From positions 604-64,603 of the forward strand of contig CALJHX010000005.1 of NCBI GenBank assembly GCA_937770485.1: 64,000 bases of DNA, in the 5' to 3' direction. Below the pieces are notes generated by a model, which did no database searches, had not been told where the DNA came from, and was given only the letters and a program-made list of their open reading frames with translations. The stretch's first letter is position 1, and each line of letters starts with the position of its first letter. The stretch comes from an uncultured Verrucomicrobiae bacterium. GTDB taxonomy: Bacteria; Verrucomicrobiota; Verrucomicrobiia; Limisphaerales; UBA1096. This document shows, piece by piece, positions 19,158 to 28,720 of the stretch. A program made the position numbers and the translations under genes.

Positions 19158-19766
19158 TCAAATATCGACGTCCTCTGGGCGAACTTCGAGGCACTCGTCT
19201 TGATCCTCCCACGCCACCGCCGGGTAAATATCGAGCAGCGCCGGGGCCAGTTGAGTACCCGCCTGGGCCAGCAGTTTTTCCGCGGATTGTGCCGCCAACT
19301 CGAATAGCGTGTCGTAGTCGGGCGGCAGTTTTTTGCCGTCCTCCTCCCAGTGCGCGACGGAGTGCGCCTTGTCGTAACAAACCGACCATGTGTCGAGCTC
19401 CTGCCTTATTTCATCCGGTAGATTATCGAGTTTCACGCACTTTTCGCCGCAGTGTTTGCAAACCAAGCCGACGTCGTACACGTCCCGGGAGAGGGTCGGC
19501 AACAGCGGTGCCCGGCAACACTCGGAGGCGGTGTAGTCTGCAGGGATGATCGCCATGCCCTTGAGCCAGATTTGGCGGTCGTGCGCCGCGTGCGCCGCCA
19601 ATTCGTAGGCCAGCATCAGCGGATGGGAGAGCCGCCAGGCTTGGCCGGAGAATTGGCCCAGCGTCTGCGCCATCCAGCGCGCGAGCGTCAGGTCGTCCAT
19701 CTCCATGAACACTTGGCTGTATCCCTTCCACAACTGGTCGTGATTGTCTGTCAACTCGCGAGCCAC
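19158..19766 (-). CDS. Hypothetical protein with a Cys-rich (zinc-ribbon-like) segment
   Basis: SECCRAPLL..VCKHCGEKC cysteine cluster. 202-aa ORF convergent with 18872..19150. Confidence 0.5.
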   Translation of the reverse strand: MARELTDNHDQLWKGYSQVFMEMDDLTLARWMAQTLGQFSGQAWRLSHPLMLAYELAAHAAHDRQIWLKGMAIIPADYTASECCRAPLLPTLSRDVYDVGLVCKHCGEKCVKLDNLPDEIRQELDTWSVCYDKAHSVAHWEEDGKKLPPDYDTLFELAAQSAEKLLAQAGTQLAPALLDIYPAVAWEDQDECLEVRPEDVDI

Positions 19767-19820
19767 CGGTAGCGGACTCTACGGCTTGGCTTGGCCCAGC
19801 GAAAGGTAAACCGACGGCCG

Positions 19821-19832
19821 GCTTGGCCAAGC
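19821..19832. repeat. Iterated palindrome GCTTGGCCAAGC
   Basis: Exact 12-mer at the 5' end of recG. Confidence 0.95.
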
Positions 19833-21856
19833 GCGAGGTTGCCGGTACAACTGTCGAAGTGTCCGAGTTTGCGACAGATCCCATTGGCCAACAGGTGTCG
19901 GCGTTGCCCGGTGTCGGCGGTGAGCGCGCGACGCGCCTGGCCAAGCTCGGCATCCGCACCGTCGCCGACCTGTTGTGGCACGGGCCAAGGCGCTACGAGG
20001 ACCGCAACCAGCAGCACGAGGTCAAGGCCTTGGCCAAGGGCGATGATGCCACCGTCGCCGGGCCGATCGTCGCGGCGGGCGTCAAGCGGATGCGTTTTGG
20101 TAAGAGTCTGTTCGAGCTCATCATCGACGACGGCACGGCGCGACTCCATTGTCGGTGGTGGAATATGCCGTACATGGAGCGCTACTACAAAACCGGCGAC
20201 TTCGTTCACGTCCACGGCAAACTCAAGACGGTGAAACCGCGCACTATGGATCACCCCGAGGTGGAGGTATCCGAGGAGGGCGAGGAGTTCATCCACCTCA
20301 AGCGGATCGTGCCGGTGTACCGGTTGACCGAGGGCATCAAGCAACGCTGGCTGCGCGGCGTGATGTGGCGCGTCGTTGAGCAATTCGCCGCCGACGTACC
20401 CAACACTAACGCCGAACTGTTGGCCGGCGACGACAGTCATTGGCTGCCCTTGGCGGCGGCGTTCAAGGCGGTGCATTTCCCCGACGACCTCGGGCAAACC
20501 GAGCTGGCTCGCGAGCGGTTGGCGCTGGAGGAGTTCATCCTGTTTCAGCGGCAGATCAGCGAGAGGCGAAAGACATTTCAGGCCAAGGTCAAGGCGTTGG
20601 AATGCTCCGGAGATGACCGATTTTTAAAGCCTTTTTTGGCTGGCTTGGGCTTTGATTTTACCGGTGCGCAGCAGCGCGCGTGGGAGGAGATCGCCCGCGA
20701 CATGGCGGGCTCGTACCCGATGCGTCGGTTGCTGCAGGGCGACGTCGGCTCCGGCAAAACCGCCGTCGCCGCCTGCGCCGCGCTGCGAGCCGTCGAGAGC
20801 GGTTTCAGCGTCGTCGTGCTCGCGCCGACGGAGATTTTGGCCGAGCAACATTATCGTGTTTTTGGCAAATGGCTTGAGCCGCTCGGCATCCCCGTGCACC
20901 TGCACACCGGCGCCAGGAAAACAATGAGCGACCCCGGTCAGCCCGAATTGAGCATGGGAAACAACGAGTTGCCGCCGCTTGTCATTGGGACGCATGCGCT
21001 CGTCGAGGAGAAGTTTAAGCTCGAGAACATGGGGCTGGCGATAATCGATGAGCAACACAAGTTCGGTGTCGAACAGCGAAAGAAGCTCGTTAGCAAGGGG
21101 CAGTATCCGCACGTGCTCGTGATGACCGCGACGCCGATACCGCGCACGCTTGGCTTGACCGTTTACGGTGACCTCGACATCTCGCTGATCGACGAGCTGC
21201 CACCGGGTCGCGGCCCGGTGCGCACGCACGTTCGCAAGCCGGAGAGCCTGCCCAAGGTGTGGAGCTTCATCTGCGAAAAACTAGCTGAGGGCAGGCAGGC
21301 ATACGTCGTTTATCCACGTGTCGATGACGAGGGCGGCGGCAGCCTCAAGGCGGTCAATCAGGAACTCGAGACCGTGAGGGAACAACTCGCACCGCACACC
21401 GTTGGCCTGCTGCACGGCCGGCTGAAGTCCGCCGAGAAAGAGCAGGCCATCACCGGTTTTCTCGCCGGAAAAATCAAGGCCCTGCTGGCGACGAGCGTGA
21501 TCGAGGTCGGCGTCGATATTCCGAACGCGACGATCATGCTCATCGAGAACGCCGACCGCTTTGGCTTGGCGCAGTTGCACCAATTGCGCGGTCGGATCGG
21601 CCGGGGCGTGTACGAGTCGCACTGCATCCTCGTCGCCGATGAAGTGACCGACGACGGCCGACGGCGGCTCGACGTGATGGAAAAAGGCGGCGACGGATTC
21701 GAACTGGCAGAGGAGGATTTGCGGCAGCGCGGCCCGGGCGAGCTGCTCGGCCAAGCGCAGAGCGGCCTGCCGGATTTCAAGTTCGGCAATCTCATCGACG
21801 ACTGGCGCTTGATCCAAAAAGCCCGCGACCTCGTCGCCCGCGAACCCAGGGATTAA
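19823..21856 (+). CDS. recG: ATP-dependent DNA helicase RecG
   Basis: LPGVGGERATRLAKLGIRTVADLL wedge-domain N-terminus, FDFTGAQQRAW, GDVGSGKTAVA, DEQHKFG, QLHQLRGRIGRG. The TTG start lies inside a palindrome copy and is uncertain. Confidence 0.9.
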   Translation: MAKREVAGTTVEVSEFATDPIGQQVSALPGVGGERATRLAKLGIRTVADLLWHGPRRYEDRNQQHEVKALAKGDDATVAGPIVAAGVKRMRFGKSLFELIIDDGTARLHCRWWNMPYMERYYKTGDFVHVHGKLKTVKPRTMDHPEVEVSEEGEEFIHLKRIVPVYRLTEGIKQRWLRGVMWRVVEQFAADVPNTNAELLAGDDSHWLPLAAAFKAVHFPDDLGQTELARERLALEEFILFQRQISERRKTFQAKVKALECSGDDRFLKPFLAGLGFDFTGAQQRAWEEIARDMAGSYPMRRLLQGDVGSGKTAVAACAALRAVESGFSVVVLAPTEILAEQHYRVFGKWLEPLGIPVHLHTGARKTMSDPGQPELSMGNNELPPLVIGTHALVEEKFKLENMGLAIIDEQHKFGVEQRKKLVSKGQYPHVLVMTATPIPRTLGLTVYGDLDISLIDELPPGRGPVRTHVRKPESLPKVWSFICEKLAEGRQAYVVYPRVDDEGGGSLKAVNQELETVREQLAPHTVGLLHGRLKSAEKEQAITGFLAGKIKALLATSVIEVGVDIPNATIMLIENADRFGLAQLHQLRGRIGRGVYESHCILVADEVTDDGRRRLDVMEKGGDGFELAEEDLRQRGPGELLGQAQSGLPDFKFGNLIDDWRLIQKARDLVAREPRD

Positions 21857-22635
21857 CAGCCGAAAAGGCGGACGAAATTTTCCTCCACGCGCTTTGCCAA
21901 GTCGTCGGGTGCTTGGCCAAGCAACTCAGCGGTGGCCTCGTACACGGCGACGATGTTGGCCGGATGGTTAACTTCCAGGGCAAGAGGATGGGTGACTCGG
22001 TTCTCTGGCAACGCCTGGTCGGGGGCGTCGGTTTCGATGAGCAGTCTGTCGGTCGGCACTTGGCGGAAGGCGTCGCGTTGGCGGGTTTTGCGCTCGTGCG
22101 CGAAGGCACCAGGGAAGCTGAAGTACGCGCCGAGCTTGGCTAACGGCTCAACCATTTCCGCCGGGCCACCGTAGCTGTGCAGCAGGAAATTGCGCTTGGG
22201 AAGCGAGCCGTCGCGGAGCAACTCATACAGCCGTCCCCACGTTTTTAGGCAGTGAATGCTCGCCGGGAGATCGCGCTCGGCGGCGAGGCAAAGTTGGGCG
22301 GTGAAAACTTCCTCCTGCCCGTCGTAGCTCAAGCCGGGCTTCCAGCGGTCGAGCCCAAACTCGCCAATGGCGGTGGGGCATTCGTCGAGTTGCTGCCCGA
22401 GCTTGGCCAGCCATTCCGGCGAGCGCTCGTGAACAAACCATGGATGCAGCCCGAAGCTCGGCAGCACGCAACCGTGGCTCTTGGCCAAGCCGGCGACTTC
22501 CGGCCAGTCGCTTTCGCATGTGCCGTTGACGACCATTCGTGACAGGCCAACGGCGTCGCAATCGGCTATCAACTCGTCTTGCTGCCCGCCAAACCGCACA
22601 TCCTGTAAATGGTTGTGCGCGTCGAACAATCGCAT
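21853..22635 (-). CDS. tatD: TatD-family metal-dependent hydrolase
   Basis: MRLFDAHNHLQD, LHSYGG, ETDAPD motifs. Confidence 0.85.
   Translation of the reverse strand: MRLFDAHNHLQDVRFGGQQDELIADCDAVGLSRMVVNGTCESDWPEVAGLAKSHGCVLPSFGLHPWFVHERSPEWLAKLGQQLDECPTAIGEFGLDRWKPGLSYDGQEEVFTAQLCLAAERDLPASIHCLKTWGRLYELLRDGSLPKRNFLLHSYGGPAEMVEPLAKLGAYFSFPGAFAHERKTRQRDAFRQVPTDRLLIETDAPDQALPENRVTHPLALEVNHPANIVAVYEATAELLGQAPDDLAKRVEENFVRLFGC
21911..21922. repeat. Iterated palindrome GCTTGGCCAAGC
   Basis: Exact 12-mer in tatD (minus strand), read as LGQA. It is the only copy without a flanking G/C extension. Confidence 0.95.
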
Positions 22636-22647
22636 CGGGGGCGGTGC

Positions 22648-23745
22648 CTAGTCGTTGAAGCGGAGCCGGAAGAATTGGGCATTACCTAGCTTGGTTGCGA
22701 TGGGGAATTCCAGCAACGCGGTGTCGCTCGGCACGCGTTCAACTAAGCTCCACGACAGCAGGTCGTTTGTTGTCTCGACGATGGTCGACGAGCCGTTTGG
22801 CAACTCAGTAGTCAGCGTGAACTGGCTTTCGTCTGCAATAATGTTGAGTCGGATGGCATTTTGTTTGCGGTTTTGCCGGTACTTGCCATCGGGGAGTCGG
22901 GTGGAGAGTTGGTACTTTGGATCGGAGAGAATCTTGACAACGGCCTTGTCCTTGGTGCGCAGTTTTTCAGGCGTGTTGAATTTCCACTCATGCTCAATGT
23001 TTTCGCCCCGGCCCTTGAAAGCCTGTCCGTCGAGCAGGCTGGTGAGCGCCCAGTAAATATACTCGGTGACTTGGCAACCGTAGTCGCAGGTGCGATCGTC
23101 GTAGGAGTACCAGGCACTGGCGGGATAGCGGCGCGGCACGGTATGGAAGTAGCCGCCGCGCGCGATGTCCATCGCATTGGCAAGTTCAGAGCCGCGGTGT
23201 TCGCCGAACACTTTTGGGTAAACACCAGCGTAACCGACCGAGGTGATGATGTGCAAAATCTCCTCAATGGCGGCATCAAACTCGCTCGACTTAGGGTTGT
23301 GCGGCCCAGCGTTGGGCAGCGTCTCGGTGGCGTACAGGCCCTGCAGCGTGTAGTCGTCGAACATCTCGCCGTAACGGTCGTGGAGTTGTTCGAGTTCTCG
23401 CTCATCGTAACCCATGACGATTGCCGAGCGCTCGTTCCAGAGTTTGTCGTTTACTTTTGGATTGTCCGGCTTGCCATCGCGATCGTTGTCGAGGAAATCC
23501 GCGGTTATGTCGGCGGCATGCAGCAGTTTGGCATCCGGCACGCGGTCGGTCGCTTGGATGTACAGTCCGAATACTTGGACATGCTTCGGCAATGCCGACT
23601 TGAGGCCGGGAAGGCGGTCGTTTTTGCCGCTATGGATCTTAAAATCCGGCTCGGCGGCTTGGGCAACCGGCGTCATGAGAAAATAAAATAGGGCTGCGCA
23701 CACGGACGCGGCGGCCCTATTGAAATGGCTTATTGCTGCACCCAT
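22648..23745 (-). CDS. Secreted hypothetical protein
   Basis: N-terminal signal peptide (VAQAAEP). I recognise no catalytic motif. The C-terminal beta-rich domain ends in QFFRLRFND. Confidence 0.55.
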   Translation of the reverse strand: MGAAISHFNRAAASVCAALFYFLMTPVAQAAEPDFKIHSGKNDRLPGLKSALPKHVQVFGLYIQATDRVPDAKLLHAADITADFLDNDRDGKPDNPKVNDKLWNERSAIVMGYDERELEQLHDRYGEMFDDYTLQGLYATETLPNAGPHNPKSSEFDAAIEEILHIITSVGYAGVYPKVFGEHRGSELANAMDIARGGYFHTVPRRYPASAWYSYDDRTCDYGCQVTEYIYWALTSLLDGQAFKGRGENIEHEWKFNTPEKLRTKDKAVVKILSDPKYQLSTRLPDGKYRQNRKQNAIRLNIIADESQFTLTTELPNGSSTIVETTNDLLSWSLVERVPSDTALLEFPIATKLGNAQFFRLRFND

Positions 23746-23778
23746 TGGTTGTGGCCAAGTGCTTGCCCAAGGCCATAA

Positions 23779-25212
23779 TTATTTCACTTCACCTGTGGTG
23801 AACGGTGAAGCCGGCAGCCCGGCGCTATTGGCCAAGTTTGGTTCAGCTTCCTGATGGTAACCGAAGCGTATGAACCTGGGTTTCTTCACTGTGTCACTTC
23901 TAGCGACTACGGTGTTACCTTTTATTTCCGCCTGGGCGGCTGCAAATTTTTCATCCTCACCAGCAACTTCCCAATGGCTGAGGGCTTGGCCGTTGGTTGA
24001 CTTCAAACCATCGGCATGAGTGAAGCGGACGATAGCAGTGTCCTTGCGGAATCTAGCCGACTTAAATAAAGGGCCTGAGTACTCGATACCCTTCTTACCA
24101 TAGTCCTTGGTGAGAGCCCAGAGGGCTAGGCGCTTGCCGACGTCCTGTTTGTTTCTGGGATGTATGTCGCGGATATTGCCGATGTCGGTGGTGACCGCCA
24201 TGCCGGTGTGCGGAACCTTCAGAGTTTCCAACTGTGCCTGCCAGATTCCGGCTAGTCGGGTCGGTTCACCGCCGTATTTATAGGGCGCTAGTTGCACAAA
24301 GTAGAAAGGCATTTTTTTGTTGTTCCATATATCGCGCCAGCCGTTGATCAGCGCCTTCTTTTTTTCGTAGTAGAGCATGCCTTCGCCGTTGTTGCTCTCC
24401 CCTTGATACCATAGAGCCCCTCGGATGCCGTACGGGTTGATCGGCGAAATCATGCCATTATGCAGTGCAAGTGCGGACTGGTGATTGATCGATCCGTTGT
24501 CGCGTTTCTGCGGGAATGTGTCGAGTTTGTCAGCGATATCCTTCAGGGCTGGTACGGACCTAAAACCGCTCGGCGTGGTCCAAGGCTCGATACGGGTGCC
24601 GCCCCAGTTGCAGCCGAGAAGTCCGATCGGCACGTCAAGTTCGCCCTGAAGATGGCGCGCAAAAAAGTACCCAACGGCGGTGAAGTTACCCACCGTCTTC
24701 GGGCTGCAAACGAGCCAACCGTCAGTGGTGACATCTCGCTCTTCCTTGGCGCTAGGCCGGTGCGGAATCTTGATGTGACGAATCAATGGATGCTTGGCAT
24801 TAGCAATTTCCTTGTCGGCATTGTCTGAGGAGCGTACTGGCCATTCCATGTTTGACTGGCCGGAACACAGCCAGACCTCGCCGACAAGTACGTCCTTGAA
24901 ATCGATGGTGTTGCTCCCTTTGACGGTGAAGGTGACCGGCGACTTGGAGGCTTTGAGGGTTTTTTTTAGTCGCAGAGTCCATGTACCGTTCTTGTCAGCC
25001 TCGGTCGTTTGCGACTGGCCTGCGACGGAGACGGTCACCGCCTCGCCAGGGTCGGCCCAGCCCCAGACGGGGAGGCGCTGGCCTTGCTGCAAAACCATGT
25101 GGTCGCTGAAGACGGAGGGCAGCTTGACCTCCGCCCGGACAGCCGCTTGGCCAAGCGCAAGCGCACCGGCCAGGAAGACAAAACGACGAAGATAAGAAAT
25201 GGAGTAAGCCAT
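23779..25212 (-). CDS. Sialate O-acetylesterase (SASA/DUF303-like SGNH esterase)
   Basis: Signal peptide and GEVWLCSGQSNMEWP catalytic serine motif; RGALWYQGESN. Confidence 0.8.
   Translation of the reverse strand: MAYSISYLRRFVFLAGALALGQAAVRAEVKLPSVFSDHMVLQQGQRLPVWGWADPGEAVTVSVAGQSQTTEADKNGTWTLRLKKTLKASKSPVTFTVKGSNTIDFKDVLVGEVWLCSGQSNMEWPVRSSDNADKEIANAKHPLIRHIKIPHRPSAKEERDVTTDGWLVCSPKTVGNFTAVGYFFARHLQGELDVPIGLLGCNWGGTRIEPWTTPSGFRSVPALKDIADKLDTFPQKRDNGSINHQSALALHNGMISPINPYGIRGALWYQGESNNGEGMLYYEKKKALINGWRDIWNNKKMPFYFVQLAPYKYGGEPTRLAGIWQAQLETLKVPHTGMAVTTDIGNIRDIHPRNKQDVGKRLALWALTKDYGKKGIEYSGPLFKSARFRKDTAIVRFTHADGLKSTNGQALSHWEVAGEDEKFAAAQAEIKGNTVVARSDTVKKPRFIRFGYHQEAEPNLANSAGLPASPFTTGEVK
25144..25157. 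repeat. Iterated palindrome CGCTTGGCCAAGCG (14-mer)
   Basis: Exact, in the signal peptide of the sialate O-acetylesterase (ALALGQAAV). Confidence 0.95.
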
Positions 25213-25276
25213 GACCGAAATTGAGCAGCACAGATCTCTGCCGTCAACGAAAACTTAGGATTTTTTTCGGCAGAGG

Positions 25277-25699
25277 TTATTCGCCGGTGATATGGACGTG
25301 GATTTGGCGGGTGTGGGGGTGGGTACGGTGTTCCCATAGGAAGATGCCCTGCCATGTGCCGAGTACCATCGAGCCGCCGGTGATGGGGATGCTGAGGTTG
25401 ACGTTGGTCAGCGCGGTGCGGACGTGGGCGGCCATGTCGTCGTCGCCCTCATAATTGTGCTCATAAACCGGATCGGCGTCGGGAGCCAGGCGGGCGAAGA
25501 TCGACTCGAGGTCGGTGCGCACGCTGGGGTCGGCGTTTTCCTGTATGAGCAGTGAGGCGGAGGTGTGTCGGACGTGCAGCGTGGCCAAGCCGGTTGTAAA
25601 GCCGCTGGCCGTAACTAACGCGGCCACTTCACGGGTGATCTCGTAGAGCGCACGGCCGCGAGTGGAGACGCTCAGTTCCTCGGCATACTGCCCGAGCAT
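25277..25699 (-). CDS. yjbQ: YjbQ/UPF0047-family protein (secondary thiamine-phosphate synthase)
   Basis: HTSASLLIQENADP, HEGDDDMAAH, GTWQGIFLWEHR motifs. Confidence 0.85.
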   Translation of the reverse strand: MLGQYAEELSVSTRGRALYEITREVAALVTASGFTTGLATLHVRHTSASLLIQENADPSVRTDLESIFARLAPDADPVYEHNYEGDDDMAAHVRTALTNVNLSIPITGGSMVLGTWQGIFLWEHRTHPHTRQIHVHITGE

Positions 25700-25705
25700 G
25701 ACGGT

Positions 25706-27715
25706 TTAATTGCCGCTATTGAGGATTTTTTCCAGGTCGGCGTTCTTTTTGTGGCCGCCGGCGAGGGCTTTCTCATAGTGGAATTTGGCCAAGGCAATGA
25801 AGGGGGGATTCTGAGTGGCATAAACCACGGCGAGGTTGTGGTGGGCCTCGGAATATCCCGGCTTGATTTGGACCGCTTTGCGCAGCGCCGTCTCGGCGGC
25901 TTTGCGTTGGCCAAGGTTGTTGAGTGCTGATCCGAGGAAATGCTGGGCGCGGGAATCCTCCGGATTCAGTTTGACCGCCTTGGCCAGATAGTCGCGAGCC
26001 TCATCATATTTTTTCTGCCGATAGCGAAGCGTGCCGATCAGCGACAGGGAGAAGGCATCCTCGTCATTGTTCTTTAGCGCACGGGTCAGGCTGGTTTCGG
26101 CTCCCTCGTAGTTGCCCTGTTCCATTTGGGCGAGGGCAAGGTTGCCCAGTGTCAAGGGATTCTCTTCGTCCAGTTTGAGGACGTGCAGGAATTTCTGCTC
26201 GGCCTCGCCGAACTTGGACTCGATGAGGGCCGCCTGGCCCGCTTTGAAATCGTCCGCCGCACCTTCTGGAAGGGTGGCCACCTTTGCTTGAAGCGAGTTG
26301 ACGGGTTGATCCCCTGTGTTCGGCTCGGCGAACAGTTTCTTTTCCTCGTCGGTGTAGGGGATTTTCTCGGCCTCGAGAATCTCGAGGCGCGACCGCAGGG
26401 TGTCAATCCGGTTCTGCAATTCAGCCACTTGGGCCTTCTCGGCCCGGCCTGATTTTTGCCAGTTAAAGATACCGTTAAGCCCTTTCCTTTTGCTGGCGGG
26501 GTTGGTGTTTTTACGCTCGGCCTTGGCCAGGCGCTTCTCGAGCGAGATGATGTAGTTACCCATCTCCTTTTCTCGGGAGCCTTTCTGGAGTGACTTGAGC
26601 TGGTCCTCGAGTGAATCGTTGCTGATCTCGGCGGTAGCCAGATTGCTTGAGGTTTCCTTCAGTTTACTGTTGCTGCTGGTCAGTTGTTTCTCGAGTGAAT
26701 CGACCTCGGCCTCGAGTTTCTTTTCGCGGTTGCCTTTCTTGAACGATTTGAGTTCCTCCTCAAGGGAGATCTTGTCGCTTTTGAGCGCAGCCACATCACC
26801 CGAGGTTTTTTCAATGTCTTTCTGGTTTTCGGACAGCTCTTTTTGAAGCAACTCAACTTCAGCCTGTAGGTCTTTTTCGCGGCTTCCTTTTTTGAACGAC
26901 TTGAGTTCCGACTCGAGGGCTTTGTGAGCTGTTGCGAGTGAGGCCAGTTCCTTTTCTGTTTTAGCCAGGTTTGCCTGCTTGTCCGCCAATTTATTCTCGA
27001 GGCGCTTGGCTTGGCGGTCGTTCGCTTTTGCCTTGGCGGTCTTCGCTTCTTCCACTGCCTGAGCGAGCGCCTCGTTGGTTTTCTTGGTTTCGGCCTGGGC
27101 CTTGCCCAAGTCAGCTTGGGCTTTTTCGGCATCGGCCTTGGTCTTGGCCAAGCTGGTGTTGGCGACCTTTAACCGGGTGGTGGCTTTGTCGATGGCGCTC
27201 TTGAGGTTGGCGTTTTCTTGGCGCAAGCCGGAGAGGTTGGCCTCCAGCGAGGCGAGTTGCTGGGTCTCCTCCGGCGAAGGGACGGCGGAGAGCGCCTCCT
27301 TGAGTTTGGCTTCCTTGAGGATGATCGCGTTTTCCAGCGACTCAACCTTGCGCTTTAGGACGGCGATTTCGCGGCCGGCAGCGGCGGGGTCAAGGACGGC
27401 GGGCTTGGCCGAGGATGGCGCCGTTTCTGGAGCCTCGTCGCCGAGGGCCTTGAGTTTCTGATCCACATACTTGATGCGGAAACTGACGACACCGGCATTC
27501 CAGTTTGGGTAGCCGGACTGCAGGGCGGCGAGGTCATTGTGGGCCTGCCGGTATTTCTGGATGGCGGAGTTTTTCTGCCCGAGCCGGGACAGGTTATCGG
27601 CCTGTGCGATGAGCGTGTAGGCTTGGATGAATGAATCGTCCGGCCCCGCAGCCTGGGCTGAGAATAGGAGGCCAAGCGAAAGGATAAGTGTTGTAATGGA
27701 TGAAAACCGTTTCAC
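25706..27715 (-). CDS. Secreted TPR-repeat protein with a long central coiled coil
   Basis: Signal peptide, Lys/Glu/Ala heptad-like centre, C-terminal TPR units (GNYEGAE.., KYDEARDYLAKAVKLNP..). Confidence 0.7.
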   Translation of the reverse strand: MKRFSSITTLILSLGLLFSAQAAGPDDSFIQAYTLIAQADNLSRLGQKNSAIQKYRQAHNDLAALQSGYPNWNAGVVSFRIKYVDQKLKALGDEAPETAPSSAKPAVLDPAAAGREIAVLKRKVESLENAIILKEAKLKEALSAVPSPEETQQLASLEANLSGLRQENANLKSAIDKATTRLKVANTSLAKTKADAEKAQADLGKAQAETKKTNEALAQAVEEAKTAKAKANDRQAKRLENKLADKQANLAKTEKELASLATAHKALESELKSFKKGSREKDLQAEVELLQKELSENQKDIEKTSGDVAALKSDKISLEEELKSFKKGNREKKLEAEVDSLEKQLTSSNSKLKETSSNLATAEISNDSLEDQLKSLQKGSREKEMGNYIISLEKRLAKAERKNTNPASKRKGLNGIFNWQKSGRAEKAQVAELQNRIDTLRSRLEILEAEKIPYTDEEKKLFAEPNTGDQPVNSLQAKVATLPEGAADDFKAGQAALIESKFGEAEQKFLHVLKLDEENPLTLGNLALAQMEQGNYEGAETSLTRALKNNDEDAFSLSLIGTLRYRQKKYDEARDYLAKAVKLNPEDSRAQHFLGSALNNLGQRKAAETALRKAVQIKPGYSEAHHNLAVVYATQNPPFIALAKFHYEKALAGGHKKNADLEKILNSGN
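26516..26905 (-). repeat. In-frame tandem repeat, about 2.5 units of 153 bp (51 aa), inside the TPR/coiled-coil gene
   Basis: LKSFKKGSREKDLQAEVELLQKEL.. / LKSFKKGNREKKLEAEVDSLEKQL.. / LKSLQKGSREKEMGN.. at aa 271-400. Confidence 0.75.
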
Positions 27716-27913
27716 GCGGTCGATTTAGCCAAAGGACATTCGAGTTGGCAACCATTGAAAGAGAGGAAGGGTGGATTCGCTTGCCAACGCTGGGGCTATG
27801 TAACTTTTTCGTGACAACTGCGTATATCACGTTAGATTGCACTGCCTTCGTGCTTTTTCGAGGAAAAGGGGGCCTGGAGAGGAGTGCATCTTTTCAATTG
27901 ATTCGAAGTTATT

Positions 27914-28714
27914 TTGGCGGACCTTTTGCAAAAACAACGATACGAGCACAAGTACATCATCCGGGATGATGTGGCGATGGCTGTGCGTGATTTTGTATCC
28001 TCATATCTTGATTTGGATCCTTTCGGTGCGACCCAGCCCAACTTCTCCTATCCGGTGCACAGTCTCTATCTGGATTCGCCCGGTTTGCGTCTTTACCAAA
28101 CGACGATCAATGGAGACAAAAATCGCTACAAGCTGCGCATTCGCTTTTACGAGGATAGACCGAAGGCGCCGGTTTATTTCGAGGTCAAGCGCCGCACAAA
28201 CAACACGATAGCGAAGCAGCGGGGTGGCGTGAACCGTGAGGCTGTGGGGCATGTGCTGAGTGGTCAGTTGCCGTTACCGGAACAAATGTCCAGTGGGGAG
28301 CCGGCACATCGTGCGGCCGTCGAAGAGTTCATACATCACATGCAGGAATTGGAGGCTACACCGAAGGCCCACGTGGCTTATTATCGTGAAGCATGGACGA
28401 GTCGGCAGGACAACTCGGTGCGTGTCACGCTGGATCGGCAGATCCGGATTGAGGTTGAGCACAAGTCGCATTTGATAACTCAAATGAAAGATCCTAAGTT
28501 TGTGTTTGGCGACAATGTGGTACTGGAGTTAAAGTTCACCAATCGTTTCCCAGACTGGTTCCGCGAATTGGTCAGGATATTTGGCCTGACACAATGTGGT
28601 GCAGCCAAGTACGTTGACGGAGTCACCGTGTTGGGTGAACAATCCGTTCAGGAAGGGCTGGATTCCAGCGGTTGGCCAATAGCTCACTCAAGGGAAGAGA
28701 TTTCCGTCACTTAA
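27914..28714 (+). CDS. VTC-domain (polyphosphate polymerase / CYTH-like tunnel) protein
   Basis: RYEHKYII, HSLYLDSP, YKLRIRFYED, VYFEVKRR strands typical of the VTC domain. The start is uncertain (TTG 27914). Confidence 0.75.
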   Translation: MADLLQKQRYEHKYIIRDDVAMAVRDFVSSYLDLDPFGATQPNFSYPVHSLYLDSPGLRLYQTTINGDKNRYKLRIRFYEDRPKAPVYFEVKRRTNNTIAKQRGGVNREAVGHVLSGQLPLPEQMSSGEPAHRAAVEEFIHHMQELEATPKAHVAYYREAWTSRQDNSVRVTLDRQIRIEVEHKSHLITQMKDPKFVFGDNVVLELKFTNRFPDWFRELVRIFGLTQCGAAKYVDGVTVLGEQSVQEGLDSSGWPIAHSREEISVT

Positions 28715-28720
28715 CGATTA

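Noticed and set aside
27915-27930. TGGCGG-N5-TTGCA, a good spacing match to the sigma-54 -24/-12 consensus.
   Set aside because: It lies inside the first codons of the VTC-domain ORF. A transcript starting there would remove the conserved RYEHKY strand. Eight fixed bases are expected about twice by chance in 64 kb on both strands.
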